Below are positions 26,516 through 38,524 of a stretch of 64,000 nucleotides of DNA, piece after piece (position 1 is the stretch's first letter; every line of letters begins with the position of its first letter). The stretch is taken from the NCBI GenBank assembly GCA_013239625.1, contig MU054323.1:10819186-10883185 (forward strand). The letters are read 5' to 3'. This DNA is from Lama guanicoe (Eukaryota). A program made the position numbers and the translations under genes. The notes under the pieces were generated by a model. The model was not told the origin of the DNA, did no database searches, and saw nothing but the letters and a program-made list of their open reading frames with translations.

Positions 26516-28599
26516 CATCTCTCCATTCTGAAGTAAGGAATATATACAAAATGTCTCATGGAGTCCATAAACTATTCCCTGCAATGGGAAGATGGGAGTG
26601 GTAATGGGGATGCAAGAAGAGACAGACACTGTCATAGAACTAGCCAGGCAAGGTATGTGATTGCAGCTCTTGGGGAGCTTGAAGGAGGCAAAGGATGGCG
26701 CTGTGGAGGCTATGTGTTTCAGAGGAGTTGACATTTAAGTGGAGACTTGAGGTATGGAGAGCATTTCCTCAGTTGGAGAGCAACAGAAAGGGCACCCAGA
26801 AGAAGAAACAGCCTGACAAAAGCACAAAGCTGTGATAGTGAATTGGGTGTCAACAAGAATCAAAATGTGTTGCTCCCAAACTGATATGTTAAAGCCTTAA
26901 ACCCCATATAAAAAGAAAAAAGAGGGACAGAAATTGAAGGGAAAGAATAGCAGAAGACTTAGTTTCTATGCCACTGACTCCCAAAACCAGAGCCATAAAG
27001 AATCTCTCTCCCACACCCTCTCCCAACCCCAGGCACACCACACCCAGTGATGTCATCTCCTACTGCCACCACTAGCAGTCAGGTCTGTTTTCTCAGGGAG
27101 CCCATTTTGATTCCTCTTTCCAGCTCAGAGAAAGGCCACATTTCTAACCAAAGATGGAAAAGAAAAGGGTTTCTTTGAAACAGATCAAATGTAATTAAGG
27201 CAGAATATCCAATTCACACACTTTGATTAACCTTTATCTGGAGAGAAATGATTGGTGATTAAGAATTAGATGAGGTGAATAATTGTATCAGGACTCTGCC
27301 TTCAAAGAAATCTCTTTCAGCACCAGAGAAAAATCTGATAAAAAACAATCATGGCTGTAATAGTGCTTTTTAAGCAGAATAATTAACCTGTAATAACAAT
27401 TTTGCCTTCAACTTAAGCCCTGTAAAATAATCCTTTTTCATTAACTTCAAGTTCAATTAGCATCAATAATGAGTATTCATTTAGAAGTAACCACAGCATC
27501 AAGCTCCCTGATGACTGAGCCTCTGACTGCTCAGATTGCAACTGTAAGGCCCTCAGCCTTTGCTGCCACAGGAGCTGCACAACCCCAAAGAGGGAAGCTT
27601 GGAGTGGACACATTGAAGGACAAGGAAGAATTTGGTCTTCTGAAATTCTTTTCATATGATGCTGAAGTTTGTAAGGAGAAAAAGAAGGAAGAAGAGGAGG
27701 ATGAGGAAGAAGAGAGAGAGGTGAAGAAAGCAGTCACCATTACTTCCAGTGATCTGCTAACCTTAATATTTGATGTCCATGAGCCTATGTAACAGCACAA
27801 CAGTAAAATTTCTTCTGTCTTCAGCTGTGTTGAATTTGTAATCCAGTCACTCCCAGAGGTTGTTCTAAATGGAAGGAAAGCCCCCCTACAAGACATGACC
27901 CAGAGGGAATCAAGAGCCTAATAGGAAATCTTTTACTCTTTCTATAATTCTAAAAATTAAAAATGATGATGTAAATACCCATTTCCTCTCTTCTTTAGTG
28001 GACATTTCCCCTTTCCTTCTAACAGAGCCTCAACTTTGATCAGGCTTGGACATCTATGTACATCAAGAGCACTGCTATAGACACACACATCAAGCTATCC
28101 TTGCCTTTTATCCCCAGGGACTTGTTAGCTTCTAAGAAGAATTGCTGTCTGCTCCTCTCTCTTCTCCACCCCTTCCTCCTTGGCCCATAGATCTTAAATA
28201 TGTAAAATATGTAGTATCCACATGCCCTTGACTAGACTCCACAGAAAGCCAATGAAAAGTGCACAGAATGCCCTGAAAAATGAAGGACTTGGTGCTGCAT
28301 TTCCTTACCACTCTACCTCATCTTTCAACCTGTCCACCTCAAGAGAGAGAACTGTGAGGAGAGAAGGCATCTCACCAGGACAGGTGGAGGAGAAACAAAA
28401 GAAAAAGCAGGAAAAAAAGAGGATAAGGGAAATGAGTGACCTAGCTAAGGAACAGATGGTATGAGCACTACTGGATTCTCATCTTACAACACAGGCCTTT
28501 GTAAAATTAGAACGTGTCTTTTTTAAAAAATAATTTTTCCTTATAATATGGATAAGAATGAAAAACAAGCTTGGAACAAGAAAGAGATCTTCAGACTTA

Positions 28600-28798
28600 G
28601 AAACCTAATCCCAGTTAGAGGATCCAAATCCCAGTTCAGTTAGTTACTAGTTGCATGATTTGGGCAAGTCACATAACCCCTCAGAGCCTCATTTGTGAAA
28701 CAGAGATTAAAATACCTATCTTTTGAAGCTGTAAAGATTAAATGAGAGAATGACTGTAAAGTGCCTGACATACATTAGATGTTGAATAGATGTTAGCA
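28600..28798 (+). mobile_element. MIR SINE
   Basis: TTTGGGCAAGTCACATAACCCCTCAGAGCCTCA...AAGATTAAATGAGA...GTAAAGTGCCTGACATA. Confidence 0.75.
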
Positions 28799-29483
28799 CC
28801 ATGTGTCTTATTTCTTCAAGTCCCTCTTCCCCATCATTACTTTATCTAAAGTCAAGTCTGATACTCTCTGTGCCAGGTAAGGCTTGAGAAAGTCAAAGAA
28901 AATTGCTGGGAAATATTTCCCTTTGAAGTGGAGGAAGAAGAGGATAAACTAAAGAAAATTCAGCTTCTGAGTGCTGTTGCTGCTGTTTTAGAAAAATCAT
29001 TTCAAACCACAAATGAAAGCTTGGTGCCCAGAGAGGAGTCCCAACTTCAAGTCCATCCACCAAGTCTGAAAATCCTACTTCATCTAATTACATTATTTGC
29101 CAAGCAAATCTATCTCTCACTGAGAATCACTGCTTTACTTAAAAGAAAGCTGCAAATCAAACAATGGGGCTAACCAGGGAACTGAGAATTTAGCTTTTTA
29201 AATATTTCCATCTAAAAATATAAATGGTTGCTTTCGTCTAGAGAAAGTCTGTATTCTTCTGATCTCTGAAGGACTGTAGAGGGTGCCAAGAGGATTGTCA
29301 TATCTTCTGGTGAAAATTTCCAATCGCCTTAATCTCTTCACTCACAATCTTCTGATCTGACAGAAATAGAGGTTATTGTGTTCCTCAGTTCATAAAGAAT
29401 CAGGGGAAGGGGAAGGGGATCACAGAGAAGAACAGAACACAAAAATCATCAGGGAGACAGAATGGAGGGGGAAAGGAAGAATC

Positions 29484-29618
29484 CTTTTTTTAAAAAAAAA
29501 TTGAGGGGGAGGTAATTAGGCTGATTTATTTACTTATTTTTAGAGGACATACTGGGGATTGAACCAGGACTTCATGCATGCTAAGCATGCACTCTACCAC
29601 TTGAGCTATACCCTCCCC
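29484..29618 (-). mobile_element. tRNA-derived SINE of the camelid vic-1 type
   Basis: Minus strand reads GGGGAGGGTATAGCTCAAGTGGTAGAGTGCATGCTTAGCATGCATGAAGTCCTGGTTCAATCCCCAGTA...CCTAATTACCTCCCCC followed by a T/A tail. The head is tRNA-Ala-like with A box and B box. Confidence 0.85.
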
Positions 29619-30963
29619 ACTAAGTGAGAATTACTTCTAATACAGTTGCATAATCCATAATTCAGCAAGCTCTTCATTTCTCTTATCTTCTAAAAAACAT
29701 GAAATTAAGTTCTAAGCAAAGTGCATAATTTATGAGGAGTCTCTGAGCTTGATGATTCCCAAATCCCCACGCCTACCCCTGACTGCTTACATGAGTTCTA
29801 GTCCCACATTTCCAGTTCCCTACAGACTGTTGCTGCCCAGAGTTGGCTATCATCTCAGCTCCCCATGTACAAACAGAACTCAATTCTTCCTCCCAAATTT
29901 CTTTTGTTCCCCAATTGTTCTTTCCGATTAAATGAATCATTATTATTCTAATCTTTCTAACAAAAAGTTCTAGAAAAAATTGGATTCCTCCCACTTCTGC
30001 CTCTGACACCAAAGCCTGTGAAGTTTTACTGGAGTCAGCCTTTTTTTTACCACCCCACTTTCTAAATCTTCCCCCTTCCTCCATCAGAGATTACTGACTC
30101 CAGTCTCTACATACTAATCAGACTGTACACCATTACCAGTTTCACCTTCCTAAAAGGCTATTCACATCAAACCTACTGATGGAGGCCTATTTCTTGCTAT
30201 GAGGAGGTTAAACAGTCTTGTTTGCTCTCCAAGGCCTTTGTGTCATGTCCTTATCTTATCTTGTCTATCCAACTGTACTTTCCAACACAAAATCTCTTCT
30301 CCGAACAGAGTGATCCCAACAGAGAATGAGGTTCATATTAGGTAATCCAGGAGGACTGGTTGAGTTAATTAAACTGAATTACACATCTCTCACTCCATGC
30401 TTTCATGCTCCCTACTTGGAATGGTCTCCTTCCTTCATCCTGACTATCCAAACCCTGTTCTATCTAGGACCCATTGAGTTTCAGGTCCATCAGGAAGTCT
30501 CTACTCACCACTCCCTACTCACTGTTCTTTGCCCGCAGACACTTAGCCTTTAAGTCTACACCCTCTTGTACTATTTCTAATTAAATAGCTGGTGTAATGA
30601 TTAATAGTGTTTTCAATTTTATAGAATGCTTTTCTAAATACATAATCTTATCTGAGCTTATCAATAACCATGTGAGGTTGGAATTATCCCCTGCACTTCA
30701 CTAGGACTCAAGAGAGTTTAAATGAAGATCATGAAGCTAATTGATGCTTGTGTCAAGTCTGGAATCCCCAACTTTTTAACTCCAAATCCCATATTTTTAC
30801 TCTTTCTTATTAGGCTGTAAGTTCTTTAAAGTCAGGGACCACATTTTATAAATTATTGTCTTTTACCCTATAGGACTTTACAAAGTTCTAAACACACAAG
30901 AGACCTCTATGATTGTCTGTTGAATGGAGAATTCAAGTTAAGAGTCAAAGTCAATAACCCATT

Positions 30964-32519
30964 AAGAAGTATATATATGTTCACGGACTGGAAAACTTAA
31001 TATTGATAAAATGACCATACTACCCAAGGCAACATACCAATTCAAGGCAATTCTTTTCAAAATACCAATGGCATTTCTTACAGAACTAGAACAAATAATT
31101 TTAAAATTTGTATGGAAACATGAAAGAACTCCAATCGCCAAAACAATCTTGAGAAAGAAGATGAGAGCTGGAAGTATCACACTCCCTGGCTTCAGATTAC
31201 ACTACAAGGCTACAGTAATCAAAACAGTATGGTACTGGCACAAAAACAGACATATACTCAATGGAACAGAATAGAGAGCTCAGAAATAAACCCACACATT
31301 TATGGTCAACTAATCTATGACAAAGGAGACAAGAATATATGATTAAAAAAACACAGTCTCTTCAACAAGTAGTGCTGTGAAAAGCGGATAGCCACACATA
31401 AAACAAGGATATTAGAACATTTTCTCACACCATAAACAAAAATAAACTCAAAATGAATTAAAGACCTAAATATAAACCAGAAACCATAAAACTCCTAGAA
31501 AAAAAAACATAGGCATAACACTCTTAGACATAAATCAAAGCAATATTTTTTGGATCTGTCTCCTAAGGCAAAGGAAACAAAAGCAAAAATAAAGAAATGG
31601 AACTAATTAAACTTAAAAGCTTTTGCACATCAAAGGCAACCATCAAAAAAATTAAAAGATAACCTACTGAGTGGTAGAAAATATTTGCAAATGATATGAA
31701 CAATAAGGAGTTAATATCCAAAATACAGAAGCAGCTCATACAACTCAATATCAAAAAAAAATAATAATAAACAACCCAATTAAAAAATGAGTGGAAGACG
31801 TGAATAGACATTTTTCCTTTTTTTTTCTTTTTAACCCTACTTAGACATTTTAATATAATCTTAAAATCAGGTAGGAAACATGTAAAAATGGTAGGGGCTT
31901 TATATTTTCAATAGGTATTTTGGTATAATTATAAAAAAATTTCACATGAGAAATCAAGTTTAAAACTCACAACACCATATTTTTCATGACCTAAATATTG
32001 GTTCAGAAAAAGATGAGGTTTGAGGGTAATTTTATTATCCACCCAGGGTAATTAATTTGCATAAGTGATACCAACATGCTAACGTAACAGAATCTTTGAC
32101 ATTTTTCCAAAGAAGACATACAGATGGCCAACAGGGATATGAAAAGATGCTCAACATCGCTAATCATTAGGGAAATGCAAATCAAAACCACAAGGAGATA
32201 CCACGTCACATCTGTCAGAATGGCAATCATCAAAAAGACCACAAATAACAAATGTTGGCATGGATGTGGAGAAAAGGGAACCCAAACTGGTGCAGCCACT
32301 GTGGAAAACAGGATAGCAATTCCTCAAAAAAATTAAAAATATAACTACTATAGGATCTAGCAATTCCGCTCCTGGGTAAACATCTGAAGAAAACAAAAAC
32401 ACTAATTCAAAAAGATACATCCACCCCAATGTTCATAACAGCATTACTTACAATAGGCAAAATATGGAAGCAACCTAAGTGTCCATCAATACATGAATGA
32501 ATAAAGAAGATGTGGCATA

Positions 32520-32550
<31 letters not shown>

Positions 32551-33010
32551 GTGGAATACTACTCAGACATAAAAAAGAACGAAATTTTGCCTTTTGCAAT
32601 AACATGGATGGACCTGGAGGGTGTTATATTCAGTGAAATGAGTTAGATAGAGAAAGACAAATACTGCATGTTATCATTTAAATATAGAACTTAAAAAAAT
32701 ATGAATGAATATAACAAAACAGAAACAGACTCATGGATATCGAAAACAAACTAGTTGTTATCAGTGTGGAGAGGGCAGAGGTGGGTGGCAAGATAAGAGG
32801 TAGAGGACTAAGAAGTACAAACTACTACATATAAAATGAATAAGCTGTAAAAATATATTACACAGCACAAGGACTATAACCAATGTTTTTTTAGCAACTG
32901 TAAATGGAGTATAATCTGTAAAAGTTTTGGCATAAATGTTGTACACTATGTTGTACACTCAGAAATTAGTATAATACTGTAAATCAATTATACCTCAATA
33001 TAAAAAAAAA
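30964..33010 (+). mobile_element. 5'-truncated L1 (ORF2 C-terminal half plus 3' UTR), interrupted at 31818-32097
   Basis: Peptides [33 protein letters not shown]; poly(A) at 33002-33010. Confidence 0.93.
31818..32097 (-). pseudogene. Orphan retroposed fragment (processed 3' UTR retrocopy or orphan transduction)
   Basis: TSD GACATTTTTCC at 31807-31817 and 32098-32108. Poly(A) on the minus strand at 31818-31832. ATTAAA at 31854-31849. The body is not recognisable as L1 or SINE. Confidence 0.8.
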
Positions 33011-34261
33011 GTTTAAGCAAGTGAATGAACTTGTAAGACACACACTTTGTTCACTGGATATGAGTTATTAAAGATGGAAAGAATCTACTCAAGTAGCCCT
33101 TTTCATGTAGCATATTTTCATCATTCTTTGTTCCTTCTTTCATTAATTTAGTAAGTATTTACTGAACACCTCCTGTTCCTCATACTGAGCTAGATGAGTC
33201 AAATACTCGCTTATCTCTCAATCCTGCCCCCAACATAAATAGGGAAGAAGTACAACTTTTAATGCATGTAGGAAGGTAAATAGATGAGTACTGACCTATC
33301 TGTCTGTCTATCTGTCGCCTCTGTTCAGCCAACTAGTTCCTGACAAAATAGAATACCAGAACAGAGCATCTTAGGTGAGTTTACTATATATTCAGAAAAA
33401 CACCCAAATAACTTGGGTTTTCCTTTGGGGTGAAAATGAAAATGAATTTATTTAATATTATAGTCTCTAGGCATATTAGTTAGAGATAAACAACTCTTAC
33501 CATAATCTGCTAGTTACCAAGCATATAAGAATCAGAGAAGGTTAATATTTCCTATCACTGCTCTGTGAAATTCTAATTAACCCTACAACTATTCATACAA
33601 ACAGGATCTTCCCAGTAATGCTTCAAAAACAGCCCTGGAAATAGTTTAAAATTACAGAATTTTAATATGAAAGGGATAGCAGAGATTAGAACTCACTTAT
33701 TTTCACAAGACAGAAACTAAGACTGAGAAAGTGTAGGTGATTTGCTTAGGTTCAAACAGGACAACTCACTACATTCCAAAATGAAAACCTAATCCCATGA
33801 TTCCTGGTCCAAAACTCTCTTCCCTCTTTCCACCCCCTTAAATTACATAGTTTTTCAAACTTCACTGTTAGTAACAGAAATAAGGACTTTTTCTGCTATG
33901 AAAGTAAAAGAACTTATAATGAATATCTTAAAAGAGTTTAGAAATAATATTCACGACAATTAAAATTACTTGACATTAAAAAAGAAATAAAGAAAAGACT
34001 TGCTTGATCCATATAGAACTCTTAGGAAATGCACAATGGGGATGACACTCATTTTCTGATGACTTTAGTCTTTGAGCAAATAGGCTCCTTTAGTCTACAT
34101 TTAAAGGTTTCTTTTGGGTTCTTTGCTGAATTGTGTCTTGTACCAGACAAACTCTAATTTTGAATATGACTAAATGTTAGCAAAGATGATACAAAAACGA
34201 AGGCACAAAAATAGTTAGGAGAACCCCCTTGTTAATAAAACAACAGTAATAGTAAAATAGA

Positions 34262-34520
34262 AGATAATGAATAATATTTTCAGTCCTTTAACCACATGGC
34301 AGGTGTTGTACTAAATTATTTTTTAAGTTATCTCATTTACTCCTCGTAAGAACTCTATAAAGCAAGTGCTATAATAATATCTATTATTACATAATCTCTA
34401 TTTTAGAGATGAGGATACCAAGAGCTGAAAAATGTTATCTCACTACTTTAAGAACTTTTAACTCAACAGTTCTGGAGCTGAGTACCAGACCCAGAACTAA
34501 CTCCAGATTCTGTATTCTTA
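34262..34520 (-). mobile_element. MIR SINE
   Basis: TATCTCATTTACTCCTCGTAAGAACTCTATAA...TCTCTATTTTAGAGATGAGGA. Confidence 0.7.
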
Positions 34521-35327
34521 ACACAATGCAGTGCTGTGCCGTTTCAGAAGTAAATGGGTTAATTAGGTTAACTAATGTTCATAGTTCTTAAAAGACAAAC
34601 AAACAAACAAAAAACACCACCTTTCTGAAAACCTCCACTCTGAAAGGGACGCTGCTGCTTCTGATGATAATTGAGTAGGAGGCATGAGTGAGAATGACAC
34701 TCCAGGTTGAAGGATTATACTTCTACCAGGATTTACACAGTTGGAGCAAGATAATTCTCTCTCCTTCTGTTTTCACAATGAAATGTCTTTAGTATAATGA
34801 GGTAAGTGATACAAGTAAAAACGCATATATATAATTTTGTATTTAATCAAAGGACAGGACATGTCAACTGTGGGTCTTTCTCTGGAATGCTATCAAACCA
34901 CACCATACAGATATTAAAATCCAAACAGTTCTGTGTTGCAAAATACTTTCTTGATGTTATCAAGTGATCTCATTACCTATCAAAGAAGCATTTATCACTT
35001 CATTCTATTCTGATTTTTCAGAATGTTTTTTCAAAACATTTTCTTTTCTGTAAAATGTACATATCACCGCTTACACTGGGTTCCTTCAAAGTGCCTATGA
35101 TTCTCATAGGCCAGACTCTTCATGTAAATTAGACCTAAGTCTAATCTATGTTTCTAAATATTTAAGGACATAAATAATCTCTAGCCATCCTGGCTGTCAT
35201 GTTAAGCTATTTGACATTTATTGTTCTGAAGAGAAGAAAGGTCAGATGTATCAAATCTCCATTTGTACTTCTTGACATATTTCTCCAGCCAGAGTCTTCC
35301 AAATTATGGTATTAAGACAAATACTAT

Positions 35328-35432
35328 GAAAGAAAGAAAAGAAGAAAAGAAGGAAGGTAGAAAGGGAGGGAGGAAGGTAAGCAGTGAGGGGAGGGAGGAG
35401 AAGAGAAGAGAGGGAAGGGAGGAAGGGGAGAA
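35328..35432. repeat. Polypurine low-complexity tract (GAAA/GGAA/GGGA)
   Basis: Read directly. Similar tracts at ~15085-15165 and ~27675-27730. Confidence 0.85.
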
Positions 35433-35984
35433 ACCTTTCCCTGTAGCACACTTCCAACCTTAGCTGCCCACCATGACACATGTGTATTCAGTGCTTTCTC
35501 CCTCAGCTTCATTTGTCAAGTAGATGTGTGGGTACAGAGGGGCTAGAGCATAAAGAGAAAGGCAGGAACTGTGGAATGGAAGGGGATGCATGGCTTTGTG
35601 ATCTATTTGGCATGACCTTTGCTCACACTTCATGGAACAAACTGAGACCATCTGGTCACACTCCTGGGCTCTCCATCCTTCATCTCTACATGGCCTTCTG
35701 CACATCTGTCTTCTCTCCAGTCACCATTGCCTGTGATTCTGCCCATTCCTAACTCTAAGCTGCAGTAACACGAGGATCCCAAGTTAAGAGCCTCAATGTG
35801 CTCCACAATGGTCAGATCACAGCAGTGGAAACCTGTCCTCATTTGAAGGCCATTCTGAAAAAGGAGAGGGTGTCAGGAGGAAAGAAGCACATGTAGTGAG
35901 CATTCTGAAACCCAGAGTTTATGAGGAAAAGTGACAAGGGAAGCTAGAATGTTTGTTTCCTTCGTAACACTCATCATTGTTTCT

Positions 35985-36135
35985 TATTATATATTTATTT
36001 GCTAACTTGCACACCCAATATGCTTCTCTCTCCAGTCTATAAACCCCATGGTCTGTTTTACTGATTGCTGCCTGTGCAGCACCTAGTACAGTGTCTGATA
36101 TTCTGAAGCTGCTCAATAATTATTTGTTGAATTAA
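35985..36135 (+). mobile_element. L2 3' end
   Basis: CAGCACCTAGTACAGTGTCTGA...GCTCAATAATTATTTGTTGAAT. Confidence 0.7.
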
Positions 36136-36324
36136 CAAATTCTAAAAAGACAAAAGAAAAAAAAGTAAGAAAGAAAAGAAGAAAGAGACAAAGGAAATTA
36201 TCCAGCATATGTGGGATAACTGCCTTCAAACATCTGCAAGGTCCTCGTGTTGGAGAAAGGACACTACTTGGGGAAAGAATGACAGCCACAAGTAAGAATA
36301 ATAGACACAGAGATTATAGGTCTA

Positions 36325-36515
36325 TAAATAGACCAGGATTCAAATACCACATCCTTCTCTCCTTAGCTACATGATCTTGGACAATGGCTGAACCTCTCTG
36401 AGCCTTAGTTTAGTTATCTGAAAAATGAGGATAACAATAAAATCAACCTTACCATATTATAGCGAGGATTAAATAATCTGTGTAAAACTGTTCAATTGTA
36501 GCTGTTACTATTAGC
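36325..36515 (+). mobile_element. MIR SINE
   Basis: TGATCTTGGACAA...AACCTCTCTGAGCCTTAGTTT...ATCTGAAAAATGAGGATAACAATA...GAGGATTAAATAA. Confidence 0.8.
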
Positions 36516-38524
36516 ATTAAGTTACAGAAAAATATAACTCATCCAGTATCAAATATTTTCCCAACAGATCTGTCCAGCAAGCACAGGGCAGCCTCATAAA
36601 ATAGTGATTCCCCATCACCCAGAAATATTTTAAAATATGAAAATGGCAGGAACACTATTAAAGAAGAGACTCCTGAAGCAGACAGGGCCTGGGAAGTAAT
36701 GACATCTGAGGCCTATATGAGAGTCTGCAATGCCTAAGTTGAGCAGTCTAGCTACACAATTATCCCCTTTCTTTCTGGTACCTGAAACCTTTCTCTCTAG
36801 CTTTTCCCCTTTTAATTTTCAACATTAAGAAGTTTCACATATCCTAATACATCCCTTCTTCATTCTGCCAAGCCCTCTAACATCATTGACATAGTCTCGT
36901 TCTCTTCTCTTTTTCCTTTCACAGATAGCATATTTTGTTTAAATTTCTTCAGCACTCCCTCTAAACTTCCTTCTGCCTATGCCTGCTTTCCATAAGGCTC
37001 TTGGTCAAACACAACAACCTTTCTCCATTCCATCTGTGGAAAATCTGCCTCCCTTAGCTTCCATGACACCACATGATTTAGCAGCCTCTCTTCCTTCTTG
37101 TAAGAAAGTTCTGTTTGATGACATCATTGACTCCATTCCACTGCCTAATTATGAACTTTCTTAAATTCCATGTGTGACTTTCCATCGATATAAATAGCTC
37201 CCATATCCATATCTTCTACCTGGACCTTTCACCTGTTCCTGCTTCTACTCCATATCATCATGTGCATACCAGATAACCTGATCTTCAGATGGATGTCCAC
37301 TACAATGCCAGCCACTTTCCTCTCAGACCAGGTCCTCATCCCAACTGTCTGTTTTATCAGTAACACCACCAGTCTTCAGGGTCCCTGGCCCCAAACCTTA
37401 GACCTCTGACTTCTTCCTTTTTGTTCCCCTTACATCTGGACATCTCAAGGCTCAGCTCTGAGTCCCTCACTCCTGAGCCAGTGGAACAGCCTGTCAGGGC
37501 TCCAATACAACTACCAGTTGTCTCTGTGGTCCAGGCTTGAGACCCATGACCAAACTACATTTTCAGAAGAATCTGTAGTCAATATGTAGTCAACAGGAAT
37601 CACCCCTACTCAAAAACTAACTACTTTCTGATTTCTTCAGCATCAAATGTAAATCCCTGACTCTGTAAGCCAGCTCCACCTCTAACTCAGGATATCTGAC
37701 TCAGCACCCATCCCCTCCACCCCCCATATTCCTTAGACCTTTCTGTTCTGGCTAGTCCTACTTTCTTACACCCACACAACACCATGCACACAGTCAGTCT
37801 GACTCTCTCTTTTTCTCTCTCTAACCAATGTTCTTCCTCTGGGCATTATTTTTTATGCTATTGCCCCAACTTAGAATGTCTCTTGCCTTCTCTTTTCCAA
37901 GTCTAAATATGTACTCACAAGACATCTCAAATTACCTCCTGAAGTTTTTTCAGACTCACTTCTATCACAATCCCAAAAGAAAACCATCATTCTCAGTAGA
38001 TACCCTTTGACTTGACTCTGCCAAAAGGTAATAAGCTTTCTCTTTCTAAAATTCCAGAGCTATAATTTTCTGTCACAGAGGAACTTCACCCGTCCCATTA
38101 TGCACTGAACAAGTGCAGCTCATCAGACTTTAAGGGAATGGTTTTTGAAGTATGGAGGTACAGAATGAAACTGTCCCTAATGACTCCAGCAGGAATTGAC
38201 CTCTCCAAGCCTCCAATGAACCAGTTGCATCATTTGTTCACACACAGGTGCTACCTTTCACTGGAGTTATTTATCAGCATGCTTTGTCTGCCTTTTCTCC
38301 CCAACTAGTTGTGAACTCCTCCTGTACTTCATTCAATTTGGTAAGTGCTCAGTAAGAAACCAAAACAATAAACAGGATTTCTTCAGGTAAAAGTACAAAC
38401 ATATAGATATTCATAAAAAGGATTCCTTCATCTAATTTCTCTTTGGTGAGTACCTCTCATATATGTCTATATGATGTCTCTAAAGACAAGTCACTATGAC
38501 TGTGATATCAAAATTCATCATGCA

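Noticed and set aside
27469..27896. ORFs with poly-Glu or poly-Ser runs
   Set aside because: Produced by a polypurine low-complexity tract; no homology or splice support.
29545..29618. tRNA-Ala-like sequence
   Set aside because: It is the head of a SINE with a tRNA-unrelated tail and a degenerate acceptor stem, not a tRNA gene.
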